From Macrostomum lignano (taxonomy: Eukaryota), in the NCBI GenBank assembly GCA_002269645.1, contig NIVC01003516.1:1-64000 (forward strand): a stretch of 64,000 nucleotides of DNA, in the 5' to 3' direction. The notes beneath the pieces are model-generated. The model was not told the origin of the DNA, did not search any database, and was given only the letters and a program-made list of their open reading frames with translations. Of the stretch, positions 62,533-64,000 are shown one piece after another. Numbering within the stretch: the stretch's first letter is position 1; every line of letters begins with the position of its first letter. A program made the position numbers and the translations under genes.

Positions 62533-64000
62533 ATGTACCGCCGGAATTTCCCAAACGATCCGGGCTTTGCCGACAGCATTGCTGTCGCCGCCAGGCAGCA
62601 GCAGATGCAGCAGAGCCTGGGCTCGAATCGAACTCGTGGCGTCCGTCTTGTCCGTTACTTCGTTGTCGCAGCGCTGCTCCTCTCTGGCTGCTGTCTGGCC
62701 TACTGGAATGAAGCTCGCGCCGTGGCCCGCGACCGAATCCTCTACGAAGGCCTGGAACGAGTGACGTCACTGCCAGCTGCTGAGTACCACTCTACTGGCA
62801 ACGAGGGTCGCCTAGTGCACGTTTCGGGTCAGCTGACCGTGTCTGGCTGGTGCCTGGACCCAGAGTTCCGCGTTCGCCTGCGGGCTTATCGAATGCAACG
62901 CACCGTTGAGATGTACCAGTGGCGCGAGGAGCTTGAGCACAGCGAGGTGAGGCAATATCGGAGGCTGGAGGAGGTCGGGATGCTATGGTCACAGGTATGA
63001 ATGAGATCGCAAGATCCCGGTTTTTCGTGATCCCGGGTTTAAAGGCTCGTAAAATATAAGTCACATTTTTTCAATGTCACACTTTATCAATGTCACACTT
63101 TATCAATGTCACACTATATCAATGTCACACTTTATTAATGTCACACTTTATTAATGTCACACTTTATCAATGTCACACTTTATCCAAATTTCACACTTTA
63201 TCAATGTCACACTTTATCAATGTCACAATTTATCAATGTCACACTATATCAATGTCACACTTTATTAATGTCACACTTTATTAATGTCACACTTTATCAA
63301 TGTCACACTTTATCCAAATTTCACACTTTATCAATGTCACACTTTATCAATGTCACAATTTATCAATGTCACACTATATCAATGTCACACTTTATTAATG
63401 TCACACTTTATTAATGTCACACTTTATCAATGTCACAATTTATCAATGTCACACTATATCAATGTCACACTTTATTAATGTCACACTTTATTAATGTCAC
63501 ACTTTATCAATGTCACACTTTATCCAAATTTCACACTTTATCAATGTCACACTTTATCAATGTCACACATTATCAATGTCACACTTTATCCAGTCACACT
63601 TTATCAATGTCACACTTTATCCAAGTCACACTTTATCAATGCCACACTTTATCAATGCCACACTTTATCCAGTCACAGTTTCTCCCCTTGTCTCTACTTT
63701 ATCAGTTGTGTCAAATCAGTGCTTATTGCTAATTAGTTATCTGATCCCACTTACACTGGATCTCAGGTGACGCAGCCCGATGGCAGCTCTCGCACAGAAT
63801 CTGTGCCGGTGTACAGAACCGACTGGCTGCCCTACCTGGTGGACAGTCGGCAGTTCCAGGAGCAGCGGCAGCACCAGAATCCGCGCTCTCTGCCGCACGC
63901 GAGCATAAATTTCACTGCCGATGCGGCCAGCCTTGGCGCATTCGAACTGGCGCCAGTGTTCCTGGATCAGCTGACTGCCGACACTGCGCTGAAGAATCCG
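62533..64000 (+). CDS. TMEM43: TMEM43 (LUMA) family protein, 5' part; exons 62533-62946 and 63767-window end
   Basis: WNEARAV...NEGRLVHVSGQL...DPEF...RTVEMYQWRE, then TDW...VDSRQF...HQNP...LGAFEL; phase-0 GT/AG intron. Confidence 0.88.
63071..63672. repeat. 16-bp minisatellite (CAATGTCACACTTTAT)
   Basis: Read directly; lies in the TMEM43 intron. Confidence 0.95.

Overview
Eukaryotic (metazoan) genomic DNA with spliceosomal genes, GC-rich exons and repeat-rich AT-rich introns. A lophotrochozoan/flatworm-like source is an inference only. Host genes reconstructed by hand: GT32 glycosyltransferase (frameshifted), ataxin-7-like, 8-finger hunchback, a RING-HC protein, an R7-family RGS, a 14-exon LRRC71, a Q-rich orphan and the 5' part of TMEM43. 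There are also hAT MITEs, SINEs and many unrelated minisatellites. The standout is a 9,700-bp element (35322-45021) in LRRC71 intron 4. It has ~1.2-kb terminal inverted repeats, 5'-ACTACT...AGTAGT-3' ends and a perfect 6-bp target duplication (CCAATG). It carries a Polinton-type protein-primed DNA polymerase B gene with six GT-AG introns (three of which split catalytic motifs A, B and C), a PC4-like gene and an acidic orphan. I see no integrase, capsid, packaging ATPase or adenain-type maturation protease. It looks like a minimal, intron-rich, capsid-less pPolB replicon that would need an integrase in trans. Also notable: eight PDE6-gamma/RGS9-2-like VTPWE motifs in the RGS tail, a hAT MITE whose internal 21-mer expanded to ~88 copies, and a minisatellite apparently seeded by a SINE head. 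Several genes have single-base indels, so the assembly may be indel-prone. All family assignments come from motif recognition by eye, not database searches.
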